Source: the human T2T-CHM13v2.0 reference genome, Homo sapiens. Taken from it: 64,000 bases of DNA. The DNA is taken from NCBI RefSeq assembly GCF_009914755.1, contig NC_060928.1; one strand, given 5' to 3'. The position numbers were made by a program, and so were the translations under genes. The notes under the pieces are model-generated. The model was given only the letters and a program-made list of their open reading frames with translations, had not been told where the DNA came from and did no database searches. Of the stretch, positions 40,141 to 54,983 are shown piece by piece (position 1 is the stretch's first letter; each line of letters begins with the position of its first letter).

Positions 40141-41092
40141 ATCCGGTGTGTAAGTGATAAAACCCAGGTAGAACCCTCAGGGAGTCATGCTCCAGAGTCA
40201 GGGGTCTTAAACATGCAACACTTTCCTTATAGCTAGACAGTACAAGTTTAATTTAGCTGCATCCCTATGCAACAAAATATATTCATATCGAGTTATTTAA
40301 ACTATGTTTTTCACTTATAAAATATTTGTCCTCAGAAGGGTGCCCTGAGGCAAGTATTCCCAACAAGTGTGTTCTGTGGGGGCATTGTTGGGTGATAAAA
40401 GTCTATAGTGATAAAAACTCAAATCTATAATTTACAGCCATAAATAAATTTAAAATGCCTAGAATTTAATTTTAACTCCACTGTTTTTGTTTCCTGAATG
40501 CAAAATTTACATTGTAATGTAAGCCTTAGGAATACCATTCTCACTAGTGGGCATGCTTAAATTATCATGATCTTTCACTCCCAGATCATGGAATTAAATT
40601 ATTCCAGTTAATTTGATTAATATGTAATATTCATTTGTTTACCCCTAGAAAATTGTTTGTAAAGCCGTCATAAAGTATAAAACATAGAAGGGACTCATGA
40701 TGCTTTTGTTATTAGCATTACTGTTGTTATTACTAGCAGTAGTAGCATCTGATATTAAGTTTCTATGAAGAGAAATAGTTGATATTTTTCTCAATTACTA
40801 CATATATTTACTAATTTATTTATTGACATTTTATTTTAACAAGTAGCCAAAATCTACTTATGTTTATTTACTTTCATTTAACAAAGAAAAAATGTTTTAA
40901 AACAAGTAAATCATTCTATAAATTTTAAACCAATTATTTTACTAAATATTTTCTGTAGCCTTAGAGATCTAGAAAATTAACTTAGTATTGTATTGCATGC
41001 ATATGTAATATTAATATTTTGTGCAGGTTTTAGAATTTTAATTGTGACTCTCACAAGTATGAATACTTTTTAAGTTTTTATGCTACCTGTAA

Positions 41093-41411
<319 letters not shown>

Positions 41412-41699
41412 TACAATACACATTTCTAAGGACCCAACCACAAAGTGTTTAAAACACTGAAAAACTTATTTTCTGAAGATTTAAATATTTTATATGCAAA
41501 TATTTTAATTTTTACAGATAATAATATTTCTACCGATATGAACTTTTCTCTAGTAATTTCAGAAAGTTTTCAGTTTCACCAAACAAAACTGAAAAAAATC
41601 AATCATAATTAGGCAGTAAAATGTCAATTATCCAAATTTAGATTTGTGAGTCTTAGTAGTTATTGTCCTCATACTAAATACTTTATGTAAGGAGTGAAA

Positions 41700-44600
41700 A
41701 TACCCGGTTGGCCTTGGAGGCTCATTTTTCTTCCCCTTTTACATAGCTTAGTCAAAAACTGATTCAGGTAGACTAAGTCAGTCTGTGGAGATACACGGAC
41801 TTTGGCTTATGTCAGCATTACTGGCAAGTAATGTCCTCATAGGGCCCTCAGTGTGTAGATATTGATCCTTGACATGTACACTTTCAGGTCCTGGGCACTG
41901 TTCCTGAGTTAGAAGAGTCTTTGATACACTTTTGTTACTGTTATTACTACGTAGGGAGCTAGGCCATACTTAATCCCACTTAGGCCAGCCTATAAATATA
42001 TAACATTTTGGGAGGCATGATTATTTATGTGCTAATGTGGTAGTCACGCACCTCTCTAGCTTTCTTGTCTAGGCGAACACCTCTGTTTTGGAACTTTGGC
42101 CCTAGAACATACTCAGAGTATCTATTCCTGGCCTATGCTATGGAATCATGTTTGTGACTATTATGGGGAGCAGTGTGCTGCTTCTTTTTGTGAAAGTTTA
42201 TCCCTAATATGCTTATGCTGCATCTGCCCCTTCTAGCAGTACTGATGTGTTCCTGGGATCTTCTTTGCAAGTCAGTTGGTGATCAGCCTGCAGCAAACAT
42301 TACAAATCCTGGTGGTACATGTTCTGGGAAACTACAGGGTTTATTTAACTGGAGCACCTGTGTGTTAGAAATTTTTGATAACATCTGATGCTGGGTGTAC
42401 AGTAACCCATGAATAGGTAGGCCTACCAAGGAATCCTCTCAGAACCTTCCAAGGGTACAAAGATGCCTGCCCCACCACGGTAACCCAAAGGAGTAAATAA
42501 CAGCAACATGTGTTGGTTATTTGAAAGAAAGGTGTATTTTCTTCAACAGAAAAATGCTGTCAAGTGCCTGCATTTTTACTGGGTGGAGAGAGGAGTTCAA
42601 GAATTTCAGAGTTAGAGGGGGAAGCAGTTGTCGTAGAAGAACTGCAAAAATGTATATGTTTTATAAATCCCAGGAGAATTACACAATTCAAAGAGACAGG
42701 CAGAGCTACCTGAGATGGAGTTGTATTGGCTGCTCAAGTGCAAACATTCAAATAGCAAATTCTGGATAATACTGAAATCTGGAGTGAAATTCAAAAAACT
42801 ATAGCAATGTAATGTACAGTAGCAAGGACTAGATTTGGAACATGATCCCCCTCTTTATTCCTAAGGACAGACCCAGAATATTGTGAAATTCATGAGTTTA
42901 GATCACTCTTAGATTACTTATTCTGGCTTCTGTGTCTGTACTATTAGTCTTTTGTCATCTTTTATGTATCATGTGGATGTTTTGGACATTCCAATAATTG
43001 GTTAAAGTCATTACATCCCCAGTTTTTGACTTTTTCAAAACCAGGAAATTGCATTGCCAAGAATGGTTATATCCAAGTACAATTGATGTACTGCCTCTGG
43101 CTAGAGGAAGAAAAGTATTTGGTTTACTCACAGAAAAATTAGCAGAGTCAGAGTTACTATGCAATGCATCCTTCAAGGTTAATGGCTCTGACTAGACACT
43201 GGAAGTGACTATGCCTAGAGCCTTACTGTGAACTACATAGTCTTAAAGAAAAGGGAGCCACTGTTGTTCCCACACTATCTGACATCACGAGAGTAACTCT
43301 GATGTATTTCTACTGCCACTATTTGCTCTTGGCATGCAGCCTTAGGCATTGCTGATGGTTTATTTTTTGTATCATTTTGGAAAGAAAACCAAAATCAATT
43401 TGCCCTCCCTGCCTGGCAAAGCATGCCAATGACAGATTATTGCTGGATTGGACGAACTCTAGTATAATATAGATTTCTGGTGAATGTACAAATATTCTGT
43501 TACAACGAGTTTTTGATAAGGACTTCATCATAGTTTGTTTAATATCACAATAAAAGAATACCTGATGCTGGTAATTTATATAAAATAAAAGATTTATTTG
43601 GCTTACACTCCTGTAGGCTGTACAATAAGCATGGCATCAGCATCTGCTTTTGGTGAGTGCCTCAGGTTGCTTCCACTCATTGTGAATGACAAAGTGAGGC
43701 TGGCATGTGCAGAGACAACATGGTGAGAAAGGAAGCAAGAGAGCAGACACAAGAGAAGTGGTGGAGATACCAGGCTCTTTTTAACAACTGCTTTTTGTAG
43801 GAACTAGTAGAGTGAGAACTCATTCACCACCTTCCTGGAACCCTGGGAGGGAATTAATCTATTCCTGAGAGATCCTTGCCCATAACCCAAACACCTCCCA
43901 TATGGCCCCATTTCCAACATTGGGACCATATTTCAACATGAGGTTTGGGGGACAAACATTCAAACCATAGCAGTCCTCTATGAAAAAATTGCTGTGCCTC
44001 AAATGAGAACAAAGTCCAAGGCTACACTATCTAGTGATTACATTGGGAATTAAATGGACTATAATCCCAAGAAATTAAAAATGATCTACTGTTTCTGCAT
44101 CCATCAAATACAAGAAAAGGAGGCCTACCTACTTGTTGGGCTATCTGGATATTGACGGCAGCACATCGTTCACTTGAGGTATTTTACTTCAACTTTCAAA
44201 GTCAGTCACACTTGAATGGGAGTGCCTGTCCAAGATGCCTTAAAAGACAGTTCAAACAAAAGTAACACATGTTGTCATGTATCCCCATCTCTCCTTCAGA
44301 TCCCATTGCATCTATGTTTTTGTACATCTTCTACCATTCTCATAAATGACTGGAGTCTTTGGCAAAAATATTCCACCAACATTCCTTGGTATTAAGAAGT
44401 TATGGTTAGGCTGGCTCCTAACAGAGAAAGAACGTCTCGCTAAAAAAGTCTTAAATCTTACACCTAATATTCTCATACTAAAATGGACCCTCCAATTAAT
44501 GGATAATACCAGCCCCTGAGCTCTTAGTCCTCTCACCCACAAGCAGCTGCTCATTCATTAGATATACATTCTTACTTAAGACATGACACAAACTTCTCAC

Positions 44601-46050
44601 AAGGCTTAGTCCTTATAGTGTGGCTAGCTGGGAGAAACAGCCAGCATTCAAGGTGGCCAAGTCCTATAAAATACAGGAATGATCCACTACAGTGAAGATG
44701 AATTCTTAATGCCTATGTTTTTGGATGTTCTACATAGTAAGCTAAAACTCAAATGTTATTCCTGGACATAAAGCATATCAGTATAGTACTTATAGAAATC
44801 TACCTGTACAGAGTGATGAACCAACAATAATAGTCTAATTCTATGGTCACAGCTTTAGGACTATATTACTAAAGACACATACATATAGAGTGAGATATTT
44901 TAATAATTATATCATGTTCCCTTACTGAATCTTTATCAGTTCCACATGCCAAAATAAAGCAACCATATCTTAGGAGAAATAACTGGACTTTCAAAGTCAA
45001 TTAAATATGTGCAGATATCACCTCTCCTATGGCCCAAATAAATGGTGCTCAAAAACTGCCATAATACTGAAAACTCTGCAAAAAAAAATAGGGTGCACAC
45101 GAATAATATTTTTTGATATGATAGGGACCACTGTTACCTCCAAAGTGTTCACTCTATGCCAACCATACCATCCTCTCCAGCTAAACCCCTATAAGATTAG
45201 CTGATCCTGTCATTAACCACTTACAAGTTACATGTGCCACATCCTCTCTCCCTCAGCTGTGTGTCTAGGAATCAGAGTCAGATAGTAGGGAACAGGAATG
45301 TGAGAAGGCGCTGTATACTTCCCTGAATTTTCAAAACAATATAATTTTCTTCAAGACTAGTGCCTTCTCAAGATGGACTGACAGTTCATGAAGTGCCTGC
45401 TTTTGACATCAGAAGCTGGGAGGAGAGATCAACACTGCTCAGACCAAAGACATCTGGGCAGACATTTACCTGAACACTGAGTTGGCCATGGGATGATACT
45501 TCTGTTCTCAAAGATAAATTATAATGTAACCATGGTGCCTCCTGTGTCTTTATCAAATCCTAGAAAAAAAGGACAAACATTCAAGTTCTTCCAAAAGTGG
45601 ATGACATAATTTAATTGGTTGGTTATGAACATGCTGTATGCTGGGAAGTGAGTGATTATTTCATTTTCTAGTAAACATACGGGTAAATAACCCCAAATAG
45701 TGTTTCACAGCTACTCTTAGCAATGTCTTATAGTGTGAATTCCTAGGAAGTGTTAATATTTAACTTCCATCTGACCCAGTGGTATGAGATCTCATTGATA
45801 CCACACTACAAGTTGATATTGGTCATAGCCTATGAAGTCACTTATATGTTATAAGCCCTCAAAGTCCATGGAAAGTCTGATAAAAACCAAATATGGACAC
45901 CCCTTGGGTCATTTGTTTTCCTCTTTGAGTAACCTACTCTAGTAGACAGTGAGCTCACGTGAACTGAAGCCACCCTGCAAGGTTGTTCCCTGTGTCCCTG
46001 GGATGCAGAACCTGTTTCCCTATGTGCACTCCCCTTAGTATTTCTCAGAG
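41700..46050 (+). mobile_element. Highly degenerate ERVL/class III retroviral element, interrupted by an MST LTR
   Basis: 43330-43420 resembles W.AAIDLANAFFSI..QKQFAF; 44115-44180 aaaaggaggcctacctacttgttgggctatctggatattgacggcagcacatc resembles KEAQRLVGLFGFWRQHI; outer limits uncertain. Confidence 0.55.
43528..43972 (-). mobile_element. MaLR LTR (MSTB-like)
   Basis: gaatacctgatgctggtaatttat..aagcatggcatcagcatctgc..tttcaacatgaggtttggggacaaacattcaaaccatagca. Confidence 0.9.
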
Positions 46051-49000
46051 AGCCTAAAAAGCCCTGATACTGTAATTATTATTTAGAGAAACTAAGTTTT
46101 ATTTAACACCTATTACTGTAACCCCATGCATACATGGCATGGTTTGTGAGCAGAAGTCATTCTCTCTGAAGATACTCATCTTGAAAAAAAAAAAATTATG
46201 TTCAAACAATATGCAGCTTTATTCACAGAGAAACTCTCCCATATAGTTGAATTATGTTACCTCCAAGGTGAATTAAATTATGTTATGAGTGTTAAATATA
46301 ATAACATTTAAGTTTATACAACTTGTACAGTTTTCAAGTTTACAAGAAAAAATGGCATATTACTCTCTGCTATTTTATGCTAAAGTTCGTTGGTATCTGG
46401 AAGAAGGGCTCTATGAAGAGTGTACAGGCAAAATATTTGAAAATATGTTGGCAATGACACTAATTTGCAAGTTTCTGGAACAATACTTTTGCCTCCAAAA
46501 ATAATTTGTAAATTAGAGATTTTGAGCACTTTAACAAGTGCAATTGAAAATTAGCTACTGTGTTAAATATGTTCTGACAAATTTTATAGATTGAGAGAAT
46601 AAGTCAACTTTGAGTTTCAAAGTGCCTCAGTTTTATCGATTGAATGGTGTTATAATTTCATTTCTACAGCAGAATTATTTAAACTAGCAGAACTATATCC
46701 ATGTAAACTTAAGAAAAGACCTCATTAGAGTGAGGCTTATGCAATCTTCAGTATAGAAAATGACTTGTGTTCATACTTACTTTACATTATCATAGTTAAT
46801 TTCATCATTATATTGTTCAATTAAAGAAAAGACTGATAGAACTATGGAAAAACTTTTTCCTTTAAACACAATTTTCAATAATTGACATGGAAAAATTCTA
46901 GTTAATGGAAATAAAAAGTTTCTGTCAATTAGAGAAAAATAAATATTGTTCTGTCATTTGCTACCACCCATGTGTACAAAGATTCTTATCAATTGAGACT
47001 CTCAGAATGTGAAGAGACAATCTTTTAAAGCCTTAGTCAGCAGTTGGGTGAGAGTATTGTTAAGCATTATATATTGATATAAAATTATGTTTGTAGTAGT
47101 ATATCAACTATCTCATCAACAGATTTTAAAATATTTTATCTTGATGTATATATATAAAACTTAATATTTAATATATTCCCTTAAATACATATTCATATAA
47201 TCAGAATAGAACTGTATTGCAAAAATGTAGAAGACATTTTCACCTTGTATGACATTGTTGCCTGTATTTCTTTACAGTTTAACTAAAGCTACTACAAAAT
47301 TACTATTCTTTTCTCTCTATGTGGATTTGATAACAATTATTGGCATCATCATTGTAACTTTTTTAACTATTCCATTTTCATAAACACACATATAATCAAT
47401 AATGAGTTACTTCTGAAAATATATTTTTCATGTAATCCTTGAGAGTTATTAATAAACACATATTGAGAAATCTAGACATAAATATCCTTTAGATGTTATT
47501 TTGTGACTCTTTAAACATAATATGTCAATATTTTATGCCCACAATTGTCCTTATATAAGTAATGTAATGTTAAACCAACAAAAGATGCATTATATCATAT
47601 AAATGTATTTAAATTCATATGCAATAATTTGTTGTTGAATATTCTGTTTCTAAATATTTTATGTCCAGGATCAGAGGGTATGCTGGTTTTTATGACTCTT
47701 GATGCAGATTTTAGAGTGCCCTCTGGGCTTTGTATATTTAAATTTTCTAGAATAGTCAGGTTCAACATATGGCTTCATGTTCACAGATGTACAATAAATG
47801 GCATTTGTAAATTCTATTCTATCTGAAAAATCTTAAAGCATATGTTACTCACCATTCTGAAGTTAGTATTTCTATGCATTTTCATGTAGCAATGGTTTTT
47901 GATAAATAAAACATCTTCCTCTTCCCACAAAAAACTTTTTGTAAGAGAAATTACAAATTGATGCAGTATCTACATATAATACTTGTGCTCAAGATTGTGA
48001 ATGCAAACTGTATTTTAAAACATTCATCTCAGGTTTAAGGTTGTAATCAGAAGTTTCGAAAGCCAGATGCTCTTTCTGTTCAGTAAGAATATAATTGACA
48101 GTTAGCTTGGAATCTTGCACTTATGCTAGAATGTTTTTCAAAATCGACATTGATAATGAGGACAAGTGTAACAATACCAATTACCTGGTATTTACAATAT
48201 CACTAACAGAAAAATGTAGCAAGACTTTGAAAACATAAAAAAATATGGATTTACTGGCGAAAATCTTCACTAAGTGGCCTTCACTTAAAAGGATCAATGA
48301 GAATCATAAGTGAGAGTGCATGAAGAAAAGATCCTTGAACCATATCTTTAGGTCAGAATTAACATTATCTTTCTCTGTGCTGACAAAGATAATTGGAAAG
48401 AATATTTTAACCAATAGATCCCTGAACTTATGTAATTTTCATTTTCTTTAGAAAACACTTAAAAGACAGGTGCATCCACTGAAAACATTTACATGTACTA
48501 GAAGGGACCAAATGATAGCTGTCTGTCATAATGACAGAACCTTATTATTGGGAAGACTTTAGTTAAACTTCTAAGAGCTTTTAAAAATTTTTATTCCAAT
48601 GGAGAAGTAAAGGAATTAATTTCCCAAGGACATTTTCAAAGGATGTTTATAGCAATTATCTTGACCCAAATTTTCTTTTCAATTATTCTGATGAGTTATA
48701 ATTCATTTACATATCTATATGGTAATTATTTTTAAAATATCATTTTACACTTTCCCAAATGAAAAATAGAACAATGCAAATCAGTTTTATCAAGAAAACT
48801 GTTCAAACCATTAGGAGGCTGTTATTCTTAATATCAAAGATTAGTTAAAAATAATCAGTAAATTTGAATCTCTAAATAATACAGAATTGTAAATTCCACC
48901 AAATTAATATTAGATTAAATAAATGTAATTTTTAGATAAATCTTTAAGAAATAGAAAATGCCACAGTATTTTATTACTGGTCACACCACCTTACTTAATA

Positions 49001-50175
49001 GATAAATCTTGTACATAAAGCATGTCAATTATTTTTCCCTGCAACATATTCTTAGATATCTGTTTAATCTTAAAAATATTTCCATACACTAGCTTAACCA
49101 TACGACGTGAATTATTGTTAACTTAACATTGGCTTCTAGGATTTTAACCACTTCATAGCTAGTGTTCTTTTAACAGGGTTATCCAAGTTTATCAATTACT
49201 CATGAAACTTGCTCTAATTACATAGGTCTTGCCCAAGCCCAACTAAGCCAAAAGCTCTAAATGAACACCATTAGACTCTTCATGGATAGCTTTGACTCTT
49301 CATAGATTTATGTGATTTGCATCTGTCTTCAGGATAAAAGTGTAGAGGGTGTTGAGGATCTAAATGATATTCAGACTCAAACTTCAGATTGATATGTTAA
49401 TTATTATTAACATGATTCAAATTAAAATTATTACTGACATCATCAATAAAACATAATACTTTAAATATAAAGCCTAGTTTATTTTCGTATGGGCACCTTT
49501 TTACATTAAATACACACATAAACTCTATAAAACAAAGCAAAGAAAAGCAATGCAAAATATCCAGCATTAGCGTAACAAAGATATTCATCTAAACATGATA
49601 ACTATAAGCCATAATAGCTTCCATAAATAAAAAAATGGCATGCTTATGTCTGATAATGTTTTAGATCTTAATAGCATCCGGGCATAAGTGTTTTAATTTT
49701 TTGAAATCATTTTCGATGAGACTATTAAAACTATGCTTCATTTCTAAGTCCTAGGGACAATTTAGAGTGCAAGAACAAAATATTAATTTACAAAAAAGGA
49801 TTTTTGTATAATAATAAAGATAATTGTGTTGTATTAAAAAAAAGCTTTCTATCATAGCCTTTGCCTTTACAAAAAATGTGAAAATAAGTTTTACAAATTT
49901 TATTTGCATTAAAGTTATAATATATCAGTATTTTATTCTATTATTTCTAGATTTTAATAGAAACAAAATCACTAAAAATAACTAATTCACTTCACCAGCA
50001 ATATAAAGCATATTTTGAACATAAAGAGTGGCAACTCCATTAGAACAGTTCACTCATGGATGCATACATCGGGGAAAGTCCCAGTTAGATCGTCCATCCT
50101 AAGGCTTCTGGTTATCCAGGAATTTTATCTACTTCCAAGTAAACTAGAAAATACTTATAAGTGGCAGAATTTTTT

Positions 50176-51009
50176 TTTTGTTTTATTATTATTATACTTT
50201 AAGTTTTAGGGTACATGTGCACAATGTGCAGGTTTGTTACATATGTATACATGTGCCATGTTGGTGTGCTGCACCCATTAACTCGTCATTTAGCATTAGG
50301 TATATCTCCTAATGCTATGCCTCCCCACGCCCCCCACCCCACAACAGTCCCCGGTGTGTGATGTTCCCCCTTCCTGTGTCCATGTGTTCTCATTGTTCAA
50401 TTCCCACCTATGAGTGAGAACATGCGGTGTTTGGTTTTTTGTCCTTGCAACAGTTTGCTGAGAATGATGGTTTCCAGTTTCATCCATGTCCCTACAAAGG
50501 ACATGAATTCATCATTTTTTATGGCTGCATAGTATTCCATGGTGTATATGTGCCACATTTTCTTAATCCAGTCTATCTTTGTTGGATATTTAGGTTGGTT
50601 CCAAGTCTTTGCTATTGTGAATAGTGAACAGACACTTCTCAAAAGAAGACATTTATGCAGCCAAAAAACACATGAAAAAATGCTCGTCATCATTGGCCAT
50701 CAGAGAAATGCAAACCAAAACCACAATGAGATACCATCTCACACCAGTTAGAATGGCGATCATTAAAAAGTCAGAAAACAACAGGTGCTGGGGAGGATGT
50801 GGAGAAATAGGAACACTTTTACACTGTTGGTGGGACTGTAAAGTAATTCAACCATTGTGGAAGTCAGTGTGGCGATTCCTCAGGGATCTAGAACTAGAAA
50901 TACTATTTGACCCAGCCATCCCATTACTGGGTATATACCCAAAGGATTATAAATCATGCTGCTATAAAGACACATGCACACATATGTTTATAGCGGCACT
51001 ATTCACAAT
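50176..51009 (-). mobile_element. 5'-inverted, truncated L1PA (about PA4) with TSD
   Basis: Tail and 3' UTR on minus (50176-50626), inverted ORF2 C-terminal segment on plus (50624-51011); TSD agtggcagaatttttt at 50160-50175 and 51010-51025. Confidence 0.95.
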
Positions 51010-51785
51010 AGTGGCAGAATTTTTTAAAAAGTAGAGTTTCCTGAGAAATAACTGGAGAAAACAGAACAGGAGTTTGTATCTGCAATTGGCAGGCTTAATT
51101 TCATCAAACACATGTTTATCACAAAGACTTGGTAGCACTAACACACTGGTGAAGCTCCATTCTCATTATTTTATATCACTGCCACAATGAATAGAAAAAC
51201 CTACACAACCCATTTATTCAGTAGTAACCATTTTTTTAATAATATAAAAAGATGTTTAAAGATTGCACTTCTAAGATGTAAAGATATATTTATATGAGTC
51301 CTGCTGATTTATTCAAACTTAAATAATAACTTGATATTTTAGAAATCTTTAGGTGACCAAAATAAATGTCAATTTAAAATATGAATTAATCATTATAAAA
51401 ATTATGATGGTAAAAAATATCAAAGGAAGTTTTACAGACTTGTTAAGCTTAGTGCTGCACCATGTCTTGCACCTGAATATCAAACATTTGAAAAAATATC
51501 ATTTTATGAGATAGTAAAAACATTAAGACAACTGTCAGCTGATAAATAATTGATGTAATCACTTTTCTACGCCCATACTTTGTGGCATTTTTCATTTGTG
51601 CACCAGGGCTTGTGGTTGTTTCACTTTTATATTTTCCTGTCTTTCCACAAGCAACTTTCCCTGCCTAAAATGTATTTTCCATCCTCTAATCTCATACAGA
51701 ATGTTGTTATTTTTTGAAACGCCAGCTTGTCTCATCAACTCCATGAAACCCTACCCAACCACTTCAATTCACTTTTTTTCCAAAG

Positions 51786-52093
51786 GTTTTTGTTTGTTTA
51801 TTGTTGTTTTTGAGACAGAGTCTTACTCTGTACCCAGGCTGGAGTGCAGAGGAGCGATCTCAGCTCACTACAGCCTTAACCTCACGGGCTCAAGCAATCC
51901 TCCCACCTCAACCTCTTGAGTAGCTGGAACTACAGGCATCTCCACCATGCCAGGTATTTTTTGTTTTTTTTTGTAGATGGAGTTTTGCCATATTGCCCAG
52001 GTTGGTCTCCAACTCTTGGGCTCAATCACTCCGCCTGCCTCGGCCTCCCAAAGTGCTGGGATTACAGGCAACAGCCACCGTGCCCCACCTGGT
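51786..52093 (-). mobile_element. AluJ within an L2-like fragment
   Basis: ctcactacagccttaacctcacgggctcaagcaatcctcc is J-type; flanked by ttccaaa repeats. Confidence 0.9.
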
Positions 52094-53129
52094 TCCAAAC
52101 TTTATAATGTGTAATCCATAAGCAATATTTATATCTATTAACGGTGCTATGTTTTCATTCTGCATCATGTATCTTGTGTGTGTGCATCCTAATATTGATA
52201 TATTTTTTAATGAATGTTAATTTAAGAAACTTTAAAGCATGTGTATAAATTGCACTAGGTTGGCTTCTACGGAAACAATCATCAGCCAGTGTTTTGGGTA
52301 CACGATATTTCTTAGGGATCAACACTATGCCAGAGTTGAGCAGCAGGTCATCCCTTGAATAGAGGTTGCCTCTACAAGTATAGCACAAAAAAGTATACAA
52401 ATGATTACTGTACTAGGCTGAATAGCCTCAATAAAAGACATAATTTCCTGAATTTTTTTGGCTTTTTTAGTTGGTTTTGGAATAAGTATCAGTAAGCTGC
52501 AAGAAGTGTCAATATGATGACCCCAGTTATACATATATGTTGGGCATGAGATAACTGAACATATTATAGCTCCCACATTTCCTAGTGAAAATCTCCATTT
52601 TTTAGTGGGCTGCCAGCCTTAGGGTTATGCAGTCAATGAGCTGAAGAACAAAAGGTGTTTTCAGCTACCTAGAAAGTTAATCAAATGAACCAAGCAACAC
52701 AAATTGGGTCATATATGTCCCATATTATGCTTTCATCTCATATCTACCAATTACATCCAAGCGTCAGGGCCAATTAAAACAAAATCAACTAGAGACGCTG
52801 AGGGCAATTACCTGGTTGATACATCCTTAAAATGCTGAAACAGCTCAGCAAGAGTGCTAATAATTCTCAAAGCAGCTAACTAATGTTTTGTTACATATGT
52901 TAGGCAACATTAGTAGTGAACATGTAAGATTGAGAATAATATAGAGCAGACTAATATTAAATCATTAAAAGGATTAATGAAAAAAATGATCCCTAGTCTT
53001 AAATCATATTTTACTATGTAAAAAAATTAGTAATTATATATATGTACACATATATATACATTTTTGTATATAAACACATGTGTGTATATATGTAGATATA
53101 CAGTAAGAGTTATTTTTCCTTTTGCTACT

Positions 53130-53750
53130 CTATTACATTTATAGAGAATAGTACTAATCATAAACATACAACCTGATGAATCTTTACAAATTAAATGTAA
53201 TTCTTTAACCAAGATGGAGATGAAGAAATGAAACAATACCAGCACCCCCAAAGTATTGCTCATAGCCTTTTGAGTCACAATTTCTCTAAGGATAACCATT
53301 TTGAAATTTACCACCATATATGAATTTTATTTTATTATAAAATAATTTGTTTTGAAGTAATTTCAAAGTTTTAGAATAACCTCAATTACAGTGAAAAGGA
53401 CTGTCATATATTCTTCACTAAGATTTCCCATTTTGCCATCTTTGCTATTGCTCCTCATCTTTCTGCTCCCCACAACACCTCTCTCTCATTCTCTTTGTCT
53501 CAAACCTTTGTAACAAGCCACACATATGCATTTATGATTTTTAGCCCCATGTTTCCTGGTACAAGTATGTACTTCCCCAAAACAAGGATATTCTCCATTG
53601 TAACAACTCCATATTTCCCCAAGATCGTAAGTCAACATTGATATTGCCCTGCCTTTCTTTCCCATAGTTCACTCAAGTATCCAATAAAGTTTCTTTTGAC
53701 ATTTCTGGTCCAAGGTCCCCTTTAGATGCTATATAATTGTCATTATGGGG
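53130..53750 (-). mobile_element. Old L1ME/L1MC 3' fragments
   Basis: aaacaataccagcacccccaaag..gataaccattttga; gaagtaatttcaaagt..aacaaggatattctcc. Confidence 0.55.
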
Positions 53751-53755
53751 TTTGT

Positions 53756-53967
53756 AATTTCACATTTTAGAACTTAAAAAATGAACAAAAGTCTTTTAAA
53801 ATAAATATTTGCCACATATTTCATTAAACAATTTGCTCTGAAAGGTATTGAAGAAATAATATATGGATATAAATTCTTCTCTCTGTTCACTAGAAAGTTG
53901 CCTGCAGGATATTCTCAATTAATTTCCATTTTTAATATCCTATAAATGTAAGATGAATTGCTATAAA
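53756..53967 (+). repeat. Copy 1 of a local direct duplication (212 bp, lacks 54 bp relative to copy 2)
   Basis: Matches 55323-55589 with about 6 substitutions and a 1 nt indel. Confidence 0.97.
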
Positions 53968-54041
53968 TTTTAAATTTGTCTCATATGCCTACTTGTTTTC
54001 TTCTGGAACTCTGATGAATCTTAGTTGAGGGAATTTTCTTT

Positions 54042-54380
54042 TTCTTTTTTTTCTTTCTTTTTTTTTTTTCTTTCTTTTTTTTTTTTTTTTGTTGAGATGG
54101 AGTCTTGCTCTGTCACCCAGGCTGAAGTGCAGTGGCTGATCTCAGCTCACTGCAACCTCCACCTCCTGGATTCAAGTTATTCTGCTGCCTCATCCTCCTG
54201 AGTATCTCGACTTACAGGCATGCATCACCACACTAGGCAATTTTTTTTTTTTTAATTTTTAGTAGAGATGGGGTTTCGCCATGTTTGCCAGGCTGGTCTT
54301 GAACTCCTGACCTCAGGTAATCCGCCTGCTTCAGCCTCCCAAGGTGCTGGGATTACAGATGTGAGCCACCCGGCCCACCC
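54042..54380 (-). mobile_element. AluSx-like
   Basis: Full length; TSD gggaattttcttt at 54029-54041 and 54381-54393. Confidence 0.93.
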
Positions 54381-54879
54381 GGGAATTTTCTTTAGAGGAT
54401 GTATACTTGCTTTTGCTGTTTACTCTGGAACACTACCATTTCAAACTTCCTTTATATTAATTAATCTGCTTGTGAATTCCTGGATGATAAAATAATGAAA
54501 TTTCTGCCACAATCCTCTGTGAATACAGAACAATGAATTTAAATTTTCATGGATGTTTTCCCCACCCAAAGCTGGAATTCAGGCAGAAGAGTTTCATTCT
54601 GATTTCCCTTGCTAGGTAACTGGATCTTTTTTCTAATTGAAGCTTCTCCCTAAGATGTATTATTTTTTACAGCCCTGACTTCATGCAAGGATCTCACTTC
54701 TAATTCTCTATCTTGAACAGACCAAGGTCTTACTTGTCTTCCTCCAGCTGTACAAAGCAAAAATTAAATTCTATGCAACATTCTGATTGCTGTTTTCTCT
54801 TTAGAGCTGTTTCCTGTGGTTTTCCTCAAGAGTATTTTTAGCTGAAACATATAATAATTATGATGTGTGTTGCATCTTA

Positions 54880-54983
54880 AAACAAAAAAAGTAGAGATGG
54901 GGTCTTACTATGTTGGCCAGGCTGGTCTCCAACCCCTGTCCTCAAGTGATCCTTCCAAGTAGCTTGGATTACCTGGCTGGTAC
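54880..54983 (-). mobile_element. Alu monomer (FLAM/FAM-like), internally deleted
   Basis: gtagagatggggtcttactatgttggccaggctggtctc..caagtgatcc; TSD gtgttgcatctta at 54867-54879 and 54984-54996. Confidence 0.85.

Noticed and set aside
50624-51034. 136 aa ORF as a host gene
   Set aside because: L1 ORF2 C-terminus inside the inverted segment, with a GTG start created by the junction.
52250-52620. GC-balanced block with 81 and 83 aa ORFs (similar blocks at 40145-40400 and 62700-63300)
   Set aside because: No recognisable protein; probably decayed LTR sequence, but I cannot assign a family.
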